Positions 27,965-37,872 are shown, counted from the stretch's first letter. The stretch: 64,000 nucleotides of DNA from Candidatus Saccharimonadia bacterium (GCA_046597065.1 JBKJLI010000003.1:72219-136218), one strand, 5' to 3'. A program made the numbers and translations. Notes: a model not told the origin generated them from the letters alone.

Positions 27965-28722
27965 AACGTGCGCCTTCTTTTAGTTGCAACAGGTGTAGCT
28001 TTGGCTTCTGCACGCCCCAGTGTGGCTGCTCTTCGGGCCGGAGAGGTTTTGGCGTCGCTAACCACATGGCCGTCTCGAATCTCGATGATCCGATCGGTTT
28101 GCGAGGCGATTTCGGGATTATGGGTCACGATAATAATGGTGTTGCCGCTTTTGTGCAGCTTTTTTAATAAGTCGACAATCGCTTGACTAGACTTAGTGTC
28201 GAGGTTGCCGGTAGGCTCGTCGGCTAGAATTAAGCGTGGATTGTTAGCTAAAGCCCGGGCAACAGCTACGCGCTGAGTTTGGCCGCCGGAAATCTGGTTG
28301 GTTTGATAATCGGCGCGATCTAAAAGATCGACAGTTTTTAGTAACTCTAAAGCCTTTGCCCGACGTTTACGAGCAGGAATTTTGGCATACACCATTGGCA
28401 GGGTAATATTTTGAACTACAGTTAGACGCTGCAGCAGGTTAAACGACTGGAAGACAAAACCAATCAGGTCGCGTCGTAAGCCGGCGAGCTCGCGATCGCT
28501 ACGATTTTGCATCTCTTTGCCATCAAGGCTATAACCTCCGGTAGTGGGGGAATCAATCAAACCCAGAATGTGCATCAATGTGGATTTACCACTACCTGAT
28601 GGGCCGATAATTGCCACAAACTCACCCGACTCAATTTGTAAATTGACACCATCAAGAGCTGCGGTCTTAGTGTCGCCGCTCTGATAGTGCTTGCTTACGC
28701 CTGTGAGTTCGATTAACGCCAT
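27961..28722 (-). CDS. ABC transporter ATP-binding protein (MacB/LolD-type)
   Basis: Walker A GPSGSGKST, Q-loop, signature LSGGQTQRVAVARAL, Walker B ILADEPTGNLD. Start set to MALIELTGV because the ORF-track start at 28803 would overlap the tRNA. Confidence 0.85.
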   Translation of the reverse strand: MALIELTGVSKHYQSGDTKTAALDGVNLQIESGEFVAIIGPSGSGKSTLMHILGLIDSPTTGGYSLDGKEMQNRSDRELAGLRRDLIGFVFQSFNLLQRLTVVQNITLPMVYAKIPARKRRAKALELLKTVDLLDRADYQTNQISGGQTQRVAVARALANNPRLILADEPTGNLDTKSSQAIVDLLKKLHKSGNTIIIVTHNPEIASQTDRIIEIRDGHVVSDAKTSPARRAATLGRAEAKATPVATKRRRTL

Positions 28723-28773
28723 TGTTAACCAAGTGTACACCGGTGGGTTGGGTCTAGTACAATGATCAGCTAT

Positions 28774-28863
28774 GGAGAGGTGGCCGAGTGGCTGAAGGCG
28801 CACGCTTGGAAAGCGTGTATGCGGGCAACCGTATCGTGGGTTCGAATCCCACTCTCTCCGCCA
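28774..28863 (+). tRNA. tRNA-Ser (anticodon GGA); the island described next starts immediately 3' of it
   Basis: GGAGAGGTGGCCGAGTGGCTGAAGGCG CACGC TTGGAAA GCGTG plus a long variable arm plus GTGGGTTCGAATCCCAC TCTCTCC G CCA. Confidence 0.9.
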
Positions 28864-29006
28864 GTTATTATTTTCTTTTTCGACCCGTCCCCCTAACCCT
28901 TATATAAGGTGGAAGGGGCGGGATTTTTGAACCAAAAATAAGCCCTCAAAATCATCAAGTTCGAATCATTCCCATTCGCATGGGGAGGGGATTCGAACTG
29001 GCCTAG

Positions 29007-30344
29007 CTAAATTTTTTTACGCCTGGTTTTCTTCTCAACGTAGACCTTGAGATCCTTTAAGAAGATTTCGCCCGTCACATAGCTCAGGATCTCGCGCTTT
29101 TCTTCTCTCGTACCCTCTTGCAAGACGTATTTGGCGTAAGCTCGCAGATCAATCGTCGGCATACTCGACTCCACCGGACTTTGCCCTAGAATCCCATTGG
29201 CAAATTTCTCATAGCGCGCGATTTCTTGCTTAAACTTCTCTTGAGCGCCAATCTCATCGATTGGCAGTTCATCAATCAGGCTGAGGAGCTCAATCATGAT
29301 ATCACCCTCGCGAATGTAGGGCTGACTACAGTCCAAGTCATTTGCCCGGCCACAGTGGTAGTAGACATAGTGCCTAACCTGACCGTCTTTTAAGATCTTG
29401 CGTTTCTCCTCGGCTGTAATCCCGGTTTTGCAGGCTCCGCATTTCATAATCCTCGTGAATCCGAACTCTTTGCTGCCTGCTGGTGCTTTCGGTGCTACTG
29501 TCAGCTGCACCTGGACTTCGTCAAACAGCTCCTTAGTGATCAATGGCTTATGTTTACCCTCATGCCAGGTATCGATGGTTGTAGGGTACTTAAACCGTCC
29601 GTAGTAAAAGGGGTTCTTTAGCGTCCGGTAGATGTGGCTTAAAACCAATCCCTGGCCGCTTTTAGTTTCAAATCCACTGGTATCGAGCCAGCGTTTGAGG
29701 TCTCGCCCCGTAGCCGCTTGTTTGGCGACTCTCTCGAACATCTCGATAATGACTGGTGCACGTTCCGGATCGATAATAATCTTATCCTCACCAAGGCCGT
29801 TATTCAGATAGCCAATTGGCGCTACACCTGGTCGCCAACCGTTGGCGGCTTTGTTACGCAAGCCCCGGATAACGTTCAACCCTCGATTGTCGTTCTCAAG
29901 TTTGGCCTGGCTACCGAGAATCATAAGCAGGAACTTCTCGTTGGGTGAATTGGTGAAGGTTTGCCCATGGGTACGAATTTCCTGCAAACCACCCGAGTCC
30001 ATCAGGTCGACCAGCACCCCCAGGTCGCCCGCCGATCTGGAAAGTCGATCTGGCGCCCAGGTTATGATTGCATTGAAATAGCCGAGCCTAATGTCTTGAA
30101 TCATGCGGTTAAAGATTGGCCTGGTGCCTGCCACCTTTGATGAGTGGCTCTCTTTGCGGATCTCCGCTACCTCAATGCCCCAGTGATCCGCTAGCAGCGT
30201 CATTTCCTTGATCTGCTGCTCAATCGATAGCGCTTGGCGTTCGTCCTGTTCGCTCGATTTGCGGGCGTATAGGCAGTAGATCAGTTTGGTCGCGACGGGC
30301 GCGGTTTGTATCTGTTGTGGGATAGTCGATTCCATTACCAACAC
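29007..30344 (-). CDS. Large serine recombinase (resolvase/invertase catalytic domain, recombinase domain and zinc ribbon)
   Basis: Catalytic region YARKSSEQDERQ...ITWAPDRLSRS. C-terminal CGACKTG...YYHCG zinc ribbon. 445 aa. Confidence 0.85.
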   Translation of the reverse strand: MLVMESTIPQQIQTAPVATKLIYCLYARKSSEQDERQALSIEQQIKEMTLLADHWGIEVAEIRKESHSSKVAGTRPIFNRMIQDIRLGYFNAIITWAPDRLSRSAGDLGVLVDLMDSGGLQEIRTHGQTFTNSPNEKFLLMILGSQAKLENDNRGLNVIRGLRNKAANGWRPGVAPIGYLNNGLGEDKIIIDPERAPVIIEMFERVAKQAATGRDLKRWLDTSGFETKSGQGLVLSHIYRTLKNPFYYGRFKYPTTIDTWHEGKHKPLITKELFDEVQVQLTVAPKAPAGSKEFGFTRIMKCGACKTGITAEEKRKILKDGQVRHYVYYHCGRANDLDCSQPYIREGDIMIELLSLIDELPIDEIGAQEKFKQEIARYEKFANGILGQSPVESSMPTIDLRAYAKYVLQEGTREEKREILSYVTGEIFLKDLKVYVEKKTRRKKI

Positions 30345-30373
30345 AGTACCGCCACGGGGTACTAAGTCTAGTC

Positions 30374-31915
30374 TTATTTTTTCTCGTCGTCCCGATACTT
30401 AATTCCCCAAAAATCGAAGTACTCACTGCTATCATCCCCCAACCAGCCGAATCCAAAGGTCACTTCCCATTTGACGTTCACTTGAATGTAATTTAGCCCC
30501 ATCGACATGGCATCAGCCAAGTCATCATGCTTCTCGACGCCAAAACCAACTAACTGCTGAATGATCGGTGCTACGGCCCGATCCTTAGGGAAATAGACTG
30601 TCCTCTGTTCAAATAGCGGGCTAGCCAGTTGCAAGCGAGCTCTCTTGTCGGCATGGATCTTAATACCTTTCGATTCAATATCCCGGTCTTTGAGCTGTTC
30701 AATCACTGCCGCCTGGTACTGGACTTGCTCGACGAGTACTCGTGGCCGTTTTTCATCGTTATGATCTAGCGCCCGGTACATCAGCGCAATCGTATCGAGA
30801 GTCTCCAGATGTGACATTTTTCGGTTAATAAAGGTCTTATCAATGTAATAGCGCCGATCCTCTAGCTTGTAGCCAAACAAGTGAATCAGCACAATCGCCG
30901 TATAATCAGCCGTCGCGCTTTGGGAAATAGCCAGGTCAACTGAAAGAAAAGAGTTAATGTACTCATTAGCCTCGGTTTTCTCAGGCAACTGATCGTAGTA
31001 CTGAATCCAGGCCGGATCGATTACCTGATCCTCGTCGGGGATAATCTTCAGCATGTACTCCCGCTGCCAGGTAATATCGTCACCAACCTTGCGACGCTCG
31101 ACCGCAATTGCTTTCATGTCTTCGTATTTACCCGGCCACAGAATGTGACCTTTGTTGTCGACAAGCGGGTATGCCCGGAAGATCCCATCCAAGCGCTTGT
31201 CTTCAAAGCGCTGCTTAAGCCGCATCAGTAACGAGTCCTCGTGGAGTAGGTTGCCGACAATAATCATCTTAGTGTTACGGTCACCAGCCGGAATAACTTC
31301 ACCCATCAGCCACTTAAAGACTTTGTCACGGCCTTCACGGGTCTTAGTCGACATCATATCCTCAACATCATCGACAATCACCAGGTCTGGCCGGTACTCA
31401 CCGTGCCGAATACCCCGAATACTCTGATCGGTTGAGGCCGCACTAATTCGGGCGCCGTACTTGGTCAGCACCAGCGAGCTTGAGCCCCACTCGTCACTAA
31501 ATTCTTCGAGTGGTCCGAAATCCTTACGCAGGATATCGTTAGTCTCAAACTCCCGCTTGATGTTAGCCAAGTGCATCCTGGCTTGGGCCTGTGTCTGGCT
31601 GAGTAATAGAACGAACTTCTTCAGTGGCGTCCCCAGCACTGCCCAGATTGGGTAGGAAGAAGTAACGATGGTCGATTTGCCTGAGCCGCGGAAGGCTACG
31701 ATTACAGCGTGTTTAATAGCTGGATCCTGGGTAATTTCAAACACTTCACGCTGGAAGTCGGCCGTTGCGTATTTGACATAACGACCAAGGTAAATGTGGA
31801 AGAACCAATAGTGACTCTGCCGGGCTGTAGCCATCCTGATACTGCGGTCTGTCCGAATAGATTCCAGCAGTGGGTTAGGTATTATACTGGGAGGATTGAT
31901 CAGTTGCTCATTCAT
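30374..31915 (-). CDS. Phage terminase large-subunit-like ATPase-nuclease (PBSX/Terminase_6-like), copy 2
   Basis: Walker A VAFRGSGKST and Walker B DLVIVDDVED in the N-terminal ATPase, plus a C-terminal nuclease-like region. About 70% identical to the adjacent copy over the first roughly 400 aa. Confidence 0.65.
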   Translation of the reverse strand: MNEQLINPPSIIPNPLLESIRTDRSIRMATARQSHYWFFHIYLGRYVKYATADFQREVFEITQDPAIKHAVIVAFRGSGKSTIVTSSYPIWAVLGTPLKKFVLLLSQTQAQARMHLANIKREFETNDILRKDFGPLEEFSDEWGSSSLVLTKYGARISAASTDQSIRGIRHGEYRPDLVIVDDVEDMMSTKTREGRDKVFKWLMGEVIPAGDRNTKMIIVGNLLHEDSLLMRLKQRFEDKRLDGIFRAYPLVDNKGHILWPGKYEDMKAIAVERRKVGDDITWQREYMLKIIPDEDQVIDPAWIQYYDQLPEKTEANEYINSFLSVDLAISQSATADYTAIVLIHLFGYKLEDRRYYIDKTFINRKMSHLETLDTIALMYRALDHNDEKRPRVLVEQVQYQAAVIEQLKDRDIESKGIKIHADKRARLQLASPLFEQRTVYFPKDRAVAPIIQQLVGFGVEKHDDLADAMSMGLNYIQVNVKWEVTFGFGWLGDDSSEYFDFWGIKYRDDEKK

Positions 31916-31927
31916 CTGGTGGACTCC

Positions 31928-33496
31928 TTAAAAATTATCGTTCAATGTTACCCAACGGTTGTTCTCAAACTCACTAAAGCCTGCCCACAGGCTATGGCGA
32001 CCAACCATCACCGTGCCGGTCGAACGAACGCCATCATTCTCAAGTACCCGCTGGAGCAAGATTGCAAACGCATCGGCCAAGTCGTCATAACGCTCACTAC
32101 CGAAGCCGGTCAGCTGGTGGATGAGCTGCTCACAGCCTTGGCGCGGGAAAACTACCTTACCGCTTTCGACCAAATGGCTGACTGCCGTTAGGCGAGCCCG
32201 TTTATCCTGGCCGTAGACTTTTACGCCCTCGGCCGAGTAGTTCTCCCGATTCAGTTGTTCGATCAGAGCACTTTGGTAGCCCACATCTTCGATGTAGAGC
32301 TTGACGCTGTGTTTGGTGCCAAGCCGTGCTACGAGATCCCGGGCTTTGTCCAAGGTCTGTAAATGAGTCAGATGGGCGTTAACCGGCCGAGGTAAAATAT
32401 AGATCTTGAGATCTTCGACGTTGCCGTGTACTTGGGCTGACACCATGGCCGTGCAGTCAGCGGTTGTCCGCAGTGAAATAGCCAAATCAATGCCGACGGC
32501 CGTGTAGCGATAGTGATCCTGCTCCTGGGAGGGCAATTCGTCGTAGTAGCGAATCCAAGCCGGAAAGATAACCTGATCGTCTTCGGGAACGATCTTAAGC
32601 ATGAACTCGCGTTGCCAAGCTTTCTCATTGCCAAGCTTACGTTTGGCAGTTTCGATGGCATCGTGATTGGGGTATTTACCAGGCCAGAGAATCTGGTTGT
32701 TTGGTGATACTACAGGGTACGCTCTGAAAACACCATTCAACCGCCCTGATTCAAAACTTGCGCGCAGTCGCATCAAAAGTGAGTCTTCGTGCAGCAGGTT
32801 TCCAACCATCACCACCTTGGTGTTCTGGTCTCCTGCTGGCAGCACCTCGCCGGTTAACCAGTTGTAGGTCTTATCCCGGCCTTCCTGAGTTTTGGTCGAC
32901 ATCATATCTTCGACATCGTCGCAGATGATGAGATCTGGCCGATGTTCACCGTGCCGCAACCCGCGAATACTCTGATCAGTTGATGCGGCACTGATCCGTG
33001 CACCATACTTTGTGAGTACCAGCGAACTTGAACCCCACTCGTCGCTTTCTTCTTCAAGCGGTCCGAAATCTGCCCGAAGCAGCTCATTAGCCTCAAATTC
33101 GCGCTTGATGTTGGCCAAATGGAGTCGGGCTTGTTGTTGGGTTTGGCTCAAGATCAGGATGAACTTTTTATGCTGGCTACCAAGTACTGCCCAAATTGGG
33201 TAGGACATGGTAACGACCGTCGATTTGCCGGAACCTCGAAAGGCCACGATTACCGCATACTCGATCTCCTGATTCTCGGTTAACATGAAGATTTCTTTTT
33301 GGAAGTCGGCTGTTGGGTGCTTTAAGTAGCGGCTGAGATAAAGGCTGAAGAACCAGGTGTGACTGCGCTCGGCTGTCGCCATCCGGATCTTACGGTTGCC
33401 CCGAATATGCTCCCAGAGGTCGGGAGTAAGACTGGCCTCAACATCGGCTGGCAAAGTGTTATTCATGGACTTGCTCCTCGGTAGTAATCGGCTCAA
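31928..33496 (-). CDS. Phage terminase large-subunit-like ATPase-nuclease, copy 1
   Basis: Same motifs (VAFRGSGKST; DLIICDDVED). Tandem paralog of 30374-31915. Confidence 0.65.
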   Translation of the reverse strand: MSRLLPRSKSMNNTLPADVEASLTPDLWEHIRGNRKIRMATAERSHTWFFSLYLSRYLKHPTADFQKEIFMLTENQEIEYAVIVAFRGSGKSTVVTMSYPIWAVLGSQHKKFILILSQTQQQARLHLANIKREFEANELLRADFGPLEEESDEWGSSSLVLTKYGARISAASTDQSIRGLRHGEHRPDLIICDDVEDMMSTKTQEGRDKTYNWLTGEVLPAGDQNTKVVMVGNLLHEDSLLMRLRASFESGRLNGVFRAYPVVSPNNQILWPGKYPNHDAIETAKRKLGNEKAWQREFMLKIVPEDDQVIFPAWIRYYDELPSQEQDHYRYTAVGIDLAISLRTTADCTAMVSAQVHGNVEDLKIYILPRPVNAHLTHLQTLDKARDLVARLGTKHSVKLYIEDVGYQSALIEQLNRENYSAEGVKVYGQDKRARLTAVSHLVESGKVVFPRQGCEQLIHQLTGFGSERYDDLADAFAILLQRVLENDGVRSTGTVMVGRHSLWAGFSEFENNRWVTLNDNF

Positions 33497-33881
33497 TTTG
33501 CCCCAACCCGGCCAAGCGCAAAGCCTCTTGGACGACCGCTTCTTGCTCTGGAGTTAACGTTTGATCTTCAACCTTAAGCCGTCCATCAATCTGGACTCTG
33601 GTGGCATAGGTCGGGTGATGGTGCTTCAACCAGAAAATTATGCCAGTCATGTTGCCGTCTCGGATTGCAGCCATCAGCTGGCTCTCAGCCATGTCATTAA
33701 CCAGTGAAGCTCCCTCGCTGAGTGCAAGATCGGCTGCCTCGGCAAACTCTGCATCATCTTTATGCCAACGGTAGTAGGAAGCCCGGCCGAGACCGGTCTT
33801 CTCGCAAGCTAGCTGTACAATCGGCGTTTTGCGTAATTGGTCAATCAACAGCGCTTTATTCCGAGTGGTTTTATCCGACAT
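33459..33881 (-). CDS. Terminase small-subunit-like HTH protein
   Basis: 140 aa. N-terminal HTH (LRKTPIVQLACEKTGLGRASYYRWHKDD). Located immediately upstream (in transcription order) of the TerL-like genes. Confidence 0.5.
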   Translation of the reverse strand: MSDKTTRNKALLIDQLRKTPIVQLACEKTGLGRASYYRWHKDDAEFAEAADLALSEGASLVNDMAESQLMAAIRDGNMTGIIFWLKHHHPTYATRVQIDGRLKVEDQTLTPEQEAVVQEALRLAGLGQIEPITTEEQVHE

Positions 33882-34629
33882 GGCTCACCTCCAGCAATTT
33901 GGCAGTACCACCAGTCAGCTTCTCCCAGCGGTCAACGACGACTTGGCAATACGCTGGATCAAGCTCAATTGCCAGGCATTTACGTTTGGTTTGCTCACAG
34001 GCTAACAAGGTTGAGCCGGAACCAACGAACGGATCATAAATATAGTCGCCAACTCGGCTGGAATTAAGGACAAGATTTCGGAGCAGGCCAACTGGCTTCA
34101 TGGTCGGATGGAGCTTACTGCGGCTTGGTTTTGGATAGACCAACAGGCTTTTATCTTTGGCTTTGACGAATTCATGCGTTCCAAACCAGCCGTAGGCGAT
34201 AAGTTCGTGTTGGGGTAAGTAGTCCATGCGTCCAACCACAGCATGGGTCTTCACCCAGATCAGTAATTGGGTAAAGCGACAGCCCGCATCCTGCATGCCC
34301 TCCCGCAAAGCGAAGAGCATTTTGTCCGAGTTGAAGATATAGACAGCGTTCTTTGGAGCAAGGTACGGTTTGGCGGTTGCCAGCCAATCTTTGGTGAAGC
34401 ACCGGTATTCATCATCGCTTTGGTAATGGTCGCCGGTAATTTCACCACTCGATCCCAGCTTTTGTGAGAAGCCAGCCTTACTGTCGGTGTAGGCCACACC
34501 ATAGGGCGGGTCGCAGAGGATTAATTTGATCTGATCGTTGCCAACTAGTCGCCTTACCAGTTCTGGGTCTTTGGCATCGCCACAGGCTAAGCGATGGTCG
34601 CCGAGCTGGATGATCTGTTCCGGCTTCAT
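33871..34629 (-). CDS. DNA N6-adenine/N4-cytosine methyltransferase (DPPY family)
   Basis: Motif IV LILCDPPYGV and SAM-binding motif I near the C-terminus (FVGSGST). No adjacent restriction endonuclease. Confidence 0.8.
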   Translation of the reverse strand: MKPEQIIQLGDHRLACGDAKDPELVRRLVGNDQIKLILCDPPYGVAYTDSKAGFSQKLGSSGEITGDHYQSDDEYRCFTKDWLATAKPYLAPKNAVYIFNSDKMLFALREGMQDAGCRFTQLLIWVKTHAVVGRMDYLPQHELIAYGWFGTHEFVKAKDKSLLVYPKPSRSKLHPTMKPVGLLRNLVLNSSRVGDYIYDPFVGSGSTLLACEQTKRKCLAIELDPAYCQVVVDRWEKLTGGTAKLLEVSHVG

Positions 34630-35897
34630 AGCATCACCGCCTTCTGGCCGGTTAGGGCTTCGTATCTAGCAATAATGACATCGCAGAAGATTGGCTCAGC
34701 TTCGGCGAGGAACGCCAGGCGCTTCAGCTGCTCACAGGCCACCATGGTCGAGCCGGAGCCAGCCGTGACGTCGAGTACGATATCGCCTGGCTTAGTACAA
34801 CGCCTGAGGGGCTTTTCGTGCAGGGTCGGCGGCTTCTGAGTCGGGTGCTCGTAATCCTGAGCCGAATCGCGCTTGGCCAGCCAGATATTGAAGAGATCTA
34901 GAATGTCGTCGAGACTACGGTTACCGACTGCCACATCCTTATTCAAGATCTCGGTGAGGTTTTTGGTCTTGGACAGGTATGGTTTGCCGCGAGTGCCATA
35001 AACGCACGGTTCGTACGCTTTATTGAAGGCGATTTGCGGGGTCATGTTGAAATTGTTCTTAATCCAGAGGCAAACCCGCTTCGGAGCCAGACCAATCTCA
35101 ACATATAAACTTTGGAGCATGCCAATATAAGATTCGTCGCAGTAGCAAAAGACATGGCAGTCCGGCTTGGCAACTGCCATGCCGTTCACTAGAAGTGACT
35201 GGAGAAAGGCACTGTAGTCGGGATCGGACTTGTGGTCGTTGGTCGAGCCACCATACTTGCCGTTGGTACTGATGCCTTTGCTGTAATCTAGCGAAATATT
35301 GAACGGTGGGTCGAAGTAGAGCGCACTGACAAGGTCGCTTCCGACTAAGTGGTGGATTACAGCCGGATCGGTGGCGTCGCCGCAGATTAGCCGGTGTGAA
35401 CCGAGCTGGAACAAATCACCTGACTTAGTCTGTGGTGTCTTGATCTCCCGAATGGCTTTATCTACATCGAAGTCATCTTCCTCGGTTGCCAGTGCTTCAT
35501 CCCAAATCGCTGAGAGGTCGCCATCGTCGAAACCGACATCCAGCAGGAGACCCATGTCGAACTCTTTTAATAACTCCAGGTCCCACTCGCCTGTATTGGC
35601 GTTGAGACGAAGATTTAACTCTTTCTCGCGCTCTATATTTGGGATATTCACATAAACTACTGGGACATCGGTATAGCCCAGATCTTGCGCGACCTTCAGT
35701 CGGAAGTGTCCACCGATGACCACATTCTTTCGGTCAGACGCACCGTTCACAATGATGGGGTCGATTAGACCGAAGCGCTTGATGCTAGCAGTTAGATCAC
35801 CCGTCGCCTTATTACTCCAGCGCCTGGGGTTATATGGGGCTGGGTTAAGGTTAGTGGTGGGTACCTGAACTATTTGAATGTCGGTTGCTTGCTTCAT
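34626..35897 (-). CDS. ParB-like nuclease domain fused to a DNA methyltransferase
   Basis: N-terminal ParB/Srx motif (GGHFRLKVAQDLG). C-terminal MTase motifs (ALYFDPPFN; VTAGSGST). Confidence 0.8.
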   Translation of the reverse strand: MKQATDIQIVQVPTTNLNPAPYNPRRWSNKATGDLTASIKRFGLIDPIIVNGASDRKNVVIGGHFRLKVAQDLGYTDVPVVYVNIPNIEREKELNLRLNANTGEWDLELLKEFDMGLLLDVGFDDGDLSAIWDEALATEEDDFDVDKAIREIKTPQTKSGDLFQLGSHRLICGDATDPAVIHHLVGSDLVSALYFDPPFNISLDYSKGISTNGKYGGSTNDHKSDPDYSAFLQSLLVNGMAVAKPDCHVFCYCDESYIGMLQSLYVEIGLAPKRVCLWIKNNFNMTPQIAFNKAYEPCVYGTRGKPYLSKTKNLTEILNKDVAVGNRSLDDILDLFNIWLAKRDSAQDYEHPTQKPPTLHEKPLRRCTKPGDIVLDVTAGSGSTMVACEQLKRLAFLAEAEPIFCDVIIARYEALTGQKAVML

Positions 35898-35970
35898 AAC
35901 CTGATTTTCGGTTATGAGAAGGGAGAATAGTACCTGAATTGTTCAAGATAAGTTCTGGAAAAGTTCCGTA

Positions 35971-36621
35971 CTAGAAACTTCTAACGTATTTCAGCTGATA
36001 GCCTTCGCCCCAGCGACGAGTAACTTCTATCTCCAGATCGTCTTTCCTGAGCGCCCGTTTAAGTTCAGACATCAGATTAGGAATGCCCTTTACTGGGTCA
36101 AAGTTGCCGAGCTTCGCTTTGATCGTTTCATTACTCACATAATGCTCTGGAAACTCAAGCAGCATGACTAGTAGCTTGCCATGCTTAGAGGTGTGATAAA
36201 GATTCTGAAGGCGCCGTCCTTGATATTCAAACCGGCCGTCGATCAGGACTACGAACCCAAAATTAGGAGGTGCTGGGCGCTCAATCACTGTCGCCGCTGT
36301 GGGTGCTGCTGCAACCAGTGCTCCTTGAATCGGGAATATGTTAAGAAGTGGTTGAATCTCAATGATCAGGGGTGAGATCTTGGGAGTGATCTCCGATACC
36401 ACGGCCATTGTTCGACGAAGGTTATCGAAAATGCCGTTGGGAATTCGGATTGCCTCCACCATTCGCCTGTGCGTTTCGGCAATTTGCTCTTGCATCTCAG
36501 CCATTTGACGCACGAACCCCAAGTTGATTTGGGGCATAACAAGTGTACCCAAGTCGTGGCCGATGTTATCAAGGTCTAGAATCATTTCTTCTCCAGAACA
36601 TCTTTTACCAGAGAGAACCAT
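35971..36621 (-). CDS. Hypothetical protein with a C-terminal OmpR/PhoB-type winged-helix DNA-binding domain (no receiver domain)
   Basis: C-terminus ...ALRKDDLEIEVTRRWGEGYQLKY resembles the Trans_reg_C recognition wing. The N-terminal 120 aa are unassigned. Confidence 0.4.
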   Translation of the reverse strand: MVLSGKRCSGEEMILDLDNIGHDLGTLVMPQINLGFVRQMAEMQEQIAETHRRMVEAIRIPNGIFDNLRRTMAVVSEITPKISPLIIEIQPLLNIFPIQGALVAAAPTAATVIERPAPPNFGFVVLIDGRFEYQGRRLQNLYHTSKHGKLLVMLLEFPEHYVSNETIKAKLGNFDPVKGIPNLMSELKRALRKDDLEIEVTRRWGEGYQLKYVRSF

Positions 36622-37502
36622 TTCGTCGTATGGATCAGTCGATCGTTCACCAACTTCTTGGATAGCAGTTCCTGTTTCGTCAGCTTCGAAAGATCCTCCC
36701 AGCTAGTGGCATCTAGTACGTAGCTAGCGTTACCATAGCGGATACTCTCAAGTACCGTGATGCCTTTTTCTGGGAAAACGTAGGCAACGTAGCCGGTAAA
36801 ACCACCCGTACCGTAGGCAATAGTTGTTGGCTCAAACCCGATGATCCGGTCTTGCCGCAGGATTTCCACCGGGCGAATACGCTTTGATTTAGATAGGATG
36901 TCTTCCAGCTCTTTGGTGAGCTCGTCGATGGTCACCTTTTTACCCGGCGGCAGTAGGTGCCAGTTCAGCCGTCGAATTTCTACGGGCTCAAAGGCTTCGT
37001 CGTAAACCTCAACATGACCAAAGACTTCCAGGAAGATGTTGATAGCTGTGAGCAGTGTCTCTGGGTTGGCGGGATCGTACACCAATCGGTCAGCAGGCGT
37101 TATGAACTGATGCCCTTGCTTCTTTACGACCGTGAGTTCTATGCCCATTGCTGCCACTACCTCACGCGGGTAGCGCTGGTAAGGCACATCGACTAAGGAC
37201 GTTACGGTTACCGTCTCTTTGCCGCGCCACTCTTGGTGTGTCCATTCCTGGGTTCGGTAACGGGTTTCTTTGGGCTGATCACGTTGAATAATTTCTCGAC
37301 CCCAGGCGTTGAATCTGGTGACCGAGCCAAGGGGTTTTGGTAGTATCGTATCTCCCGGTGCTGGACTTGGACCAAAGCCAGCATTTTGAGCCGCTCGCGC
37401 ATTTGAAGCCACTTCCACCGCTAGCAAGACCTCCTTCCCCTCTAGCGAGGTGGGAAGGTGGGCTGAGAGTGAACGGATTCGCTTATTGTCAATGCTAAGC
37501 AT
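36582..37502 (-). CDS. Hypothetical protein (306 aa)
   Basis: Long ORF between the HNH and wHTH genes on the same strand. No recognisable motif. Confidence 0.4.
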   Translation of the reverse strand: MLSIDNKRIRSLSAHLPTSLEGKEVLLAVEVASNARAAQNAGFGPSPAPGDTILPKPLGSVTRFNAWGREIIQRDQPKETRYRTQEWTHQEWRGKETVTVTSLVDVPYQRYPREVVAAMGIELTVVKKQGHQFITPADRLVYDPANPETLLTAINIFLEVFGHVEVYDEAFEPVEIRRLNWHLLPPGKKVTIDELTKELEDILSKSKRIRPVEILRQDRIIGFEPTTIAYGTGGFTGYVAYVFPEKGITVLESIRYGNASYVLDATSWEDLSKLTKQELLSKKLVNDRLIHTTKWFSLVKDVLEKK

Positions 37503-37503
37503 G

Positions 37504-37872
37504 CTATCGGCTCGCTACGACTGCCGCATTTGGCAGTACGCCCACAGCGTCGCTTTTGCGCCGGTTGTTTTGCCACTGCAATGCCTGCAGGTTGCTAAGG
37601 TTATCGCTCCCACCCTTGGCGGCTGGGTAGACATGATCAATCTCCCAGCCGTTGCCCATCGGGGTCGTGTTACCATAACTAGCCCACTTGATCAGTGCGC
37701 CGTACATGTCCATACGCATATCACTTGGGTCGTATCCCGCCACAGCCTGGGCTTTAACCCAAACTGCGGCTCTTGTTTGTATAGAGAAATCATTTCCGGA
37801 TCGGTCGGTGCCGTGTCGTCGGGTTTGCATTCTTGCACCCTCCCTTAACTTAATTGTCAGTCCCGACCTCAC
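37504..37872 (-). CDS. HNH endonuclease
   Basis: GNGWEIDHVYPAAKGGSDNLSNLQALQWQNNRRK: a HNH core (DH...N...N) in a Cys-less variant. Confidence 0.65.
   Translation of the reverse strand: MRSGLTIKLREGARMQTRRHGTDRSGNDFSIQTRAAVWVKAQAVAGYDPSDMRMDMYGALIKWASYGNTTPMGNGWEIDHVYPAAKGGSDNLSNLQALQWQNNRRKSDAVGVLPNAAVVASR

Noticed and set aside
28864-29006. tRNA-like fragment (GTTCGAATCATTCCC...GGGGATTCGAAC) downstream of tRNA-Ser(GGA), as a second tRNA or pseudo-tRNA
   Set aside because: It does not fold into a cloverleaf. It is an inverted repeat sharing only the GTTCGAATC T-loop-like core, and is more likely an att-site remnant or recombinase-binding repeat, which is noted under the island finding.
33871-35897. 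Restriction-modification system around the two methyltransferase genes
   Set aside because: No restriction endonuclease or specificity subunit is adjacent. Orphan methyltransferases (including a ParB-MTase fusion) next to terminase genes are typical phage anti-restriction or packaging-associated methylases.
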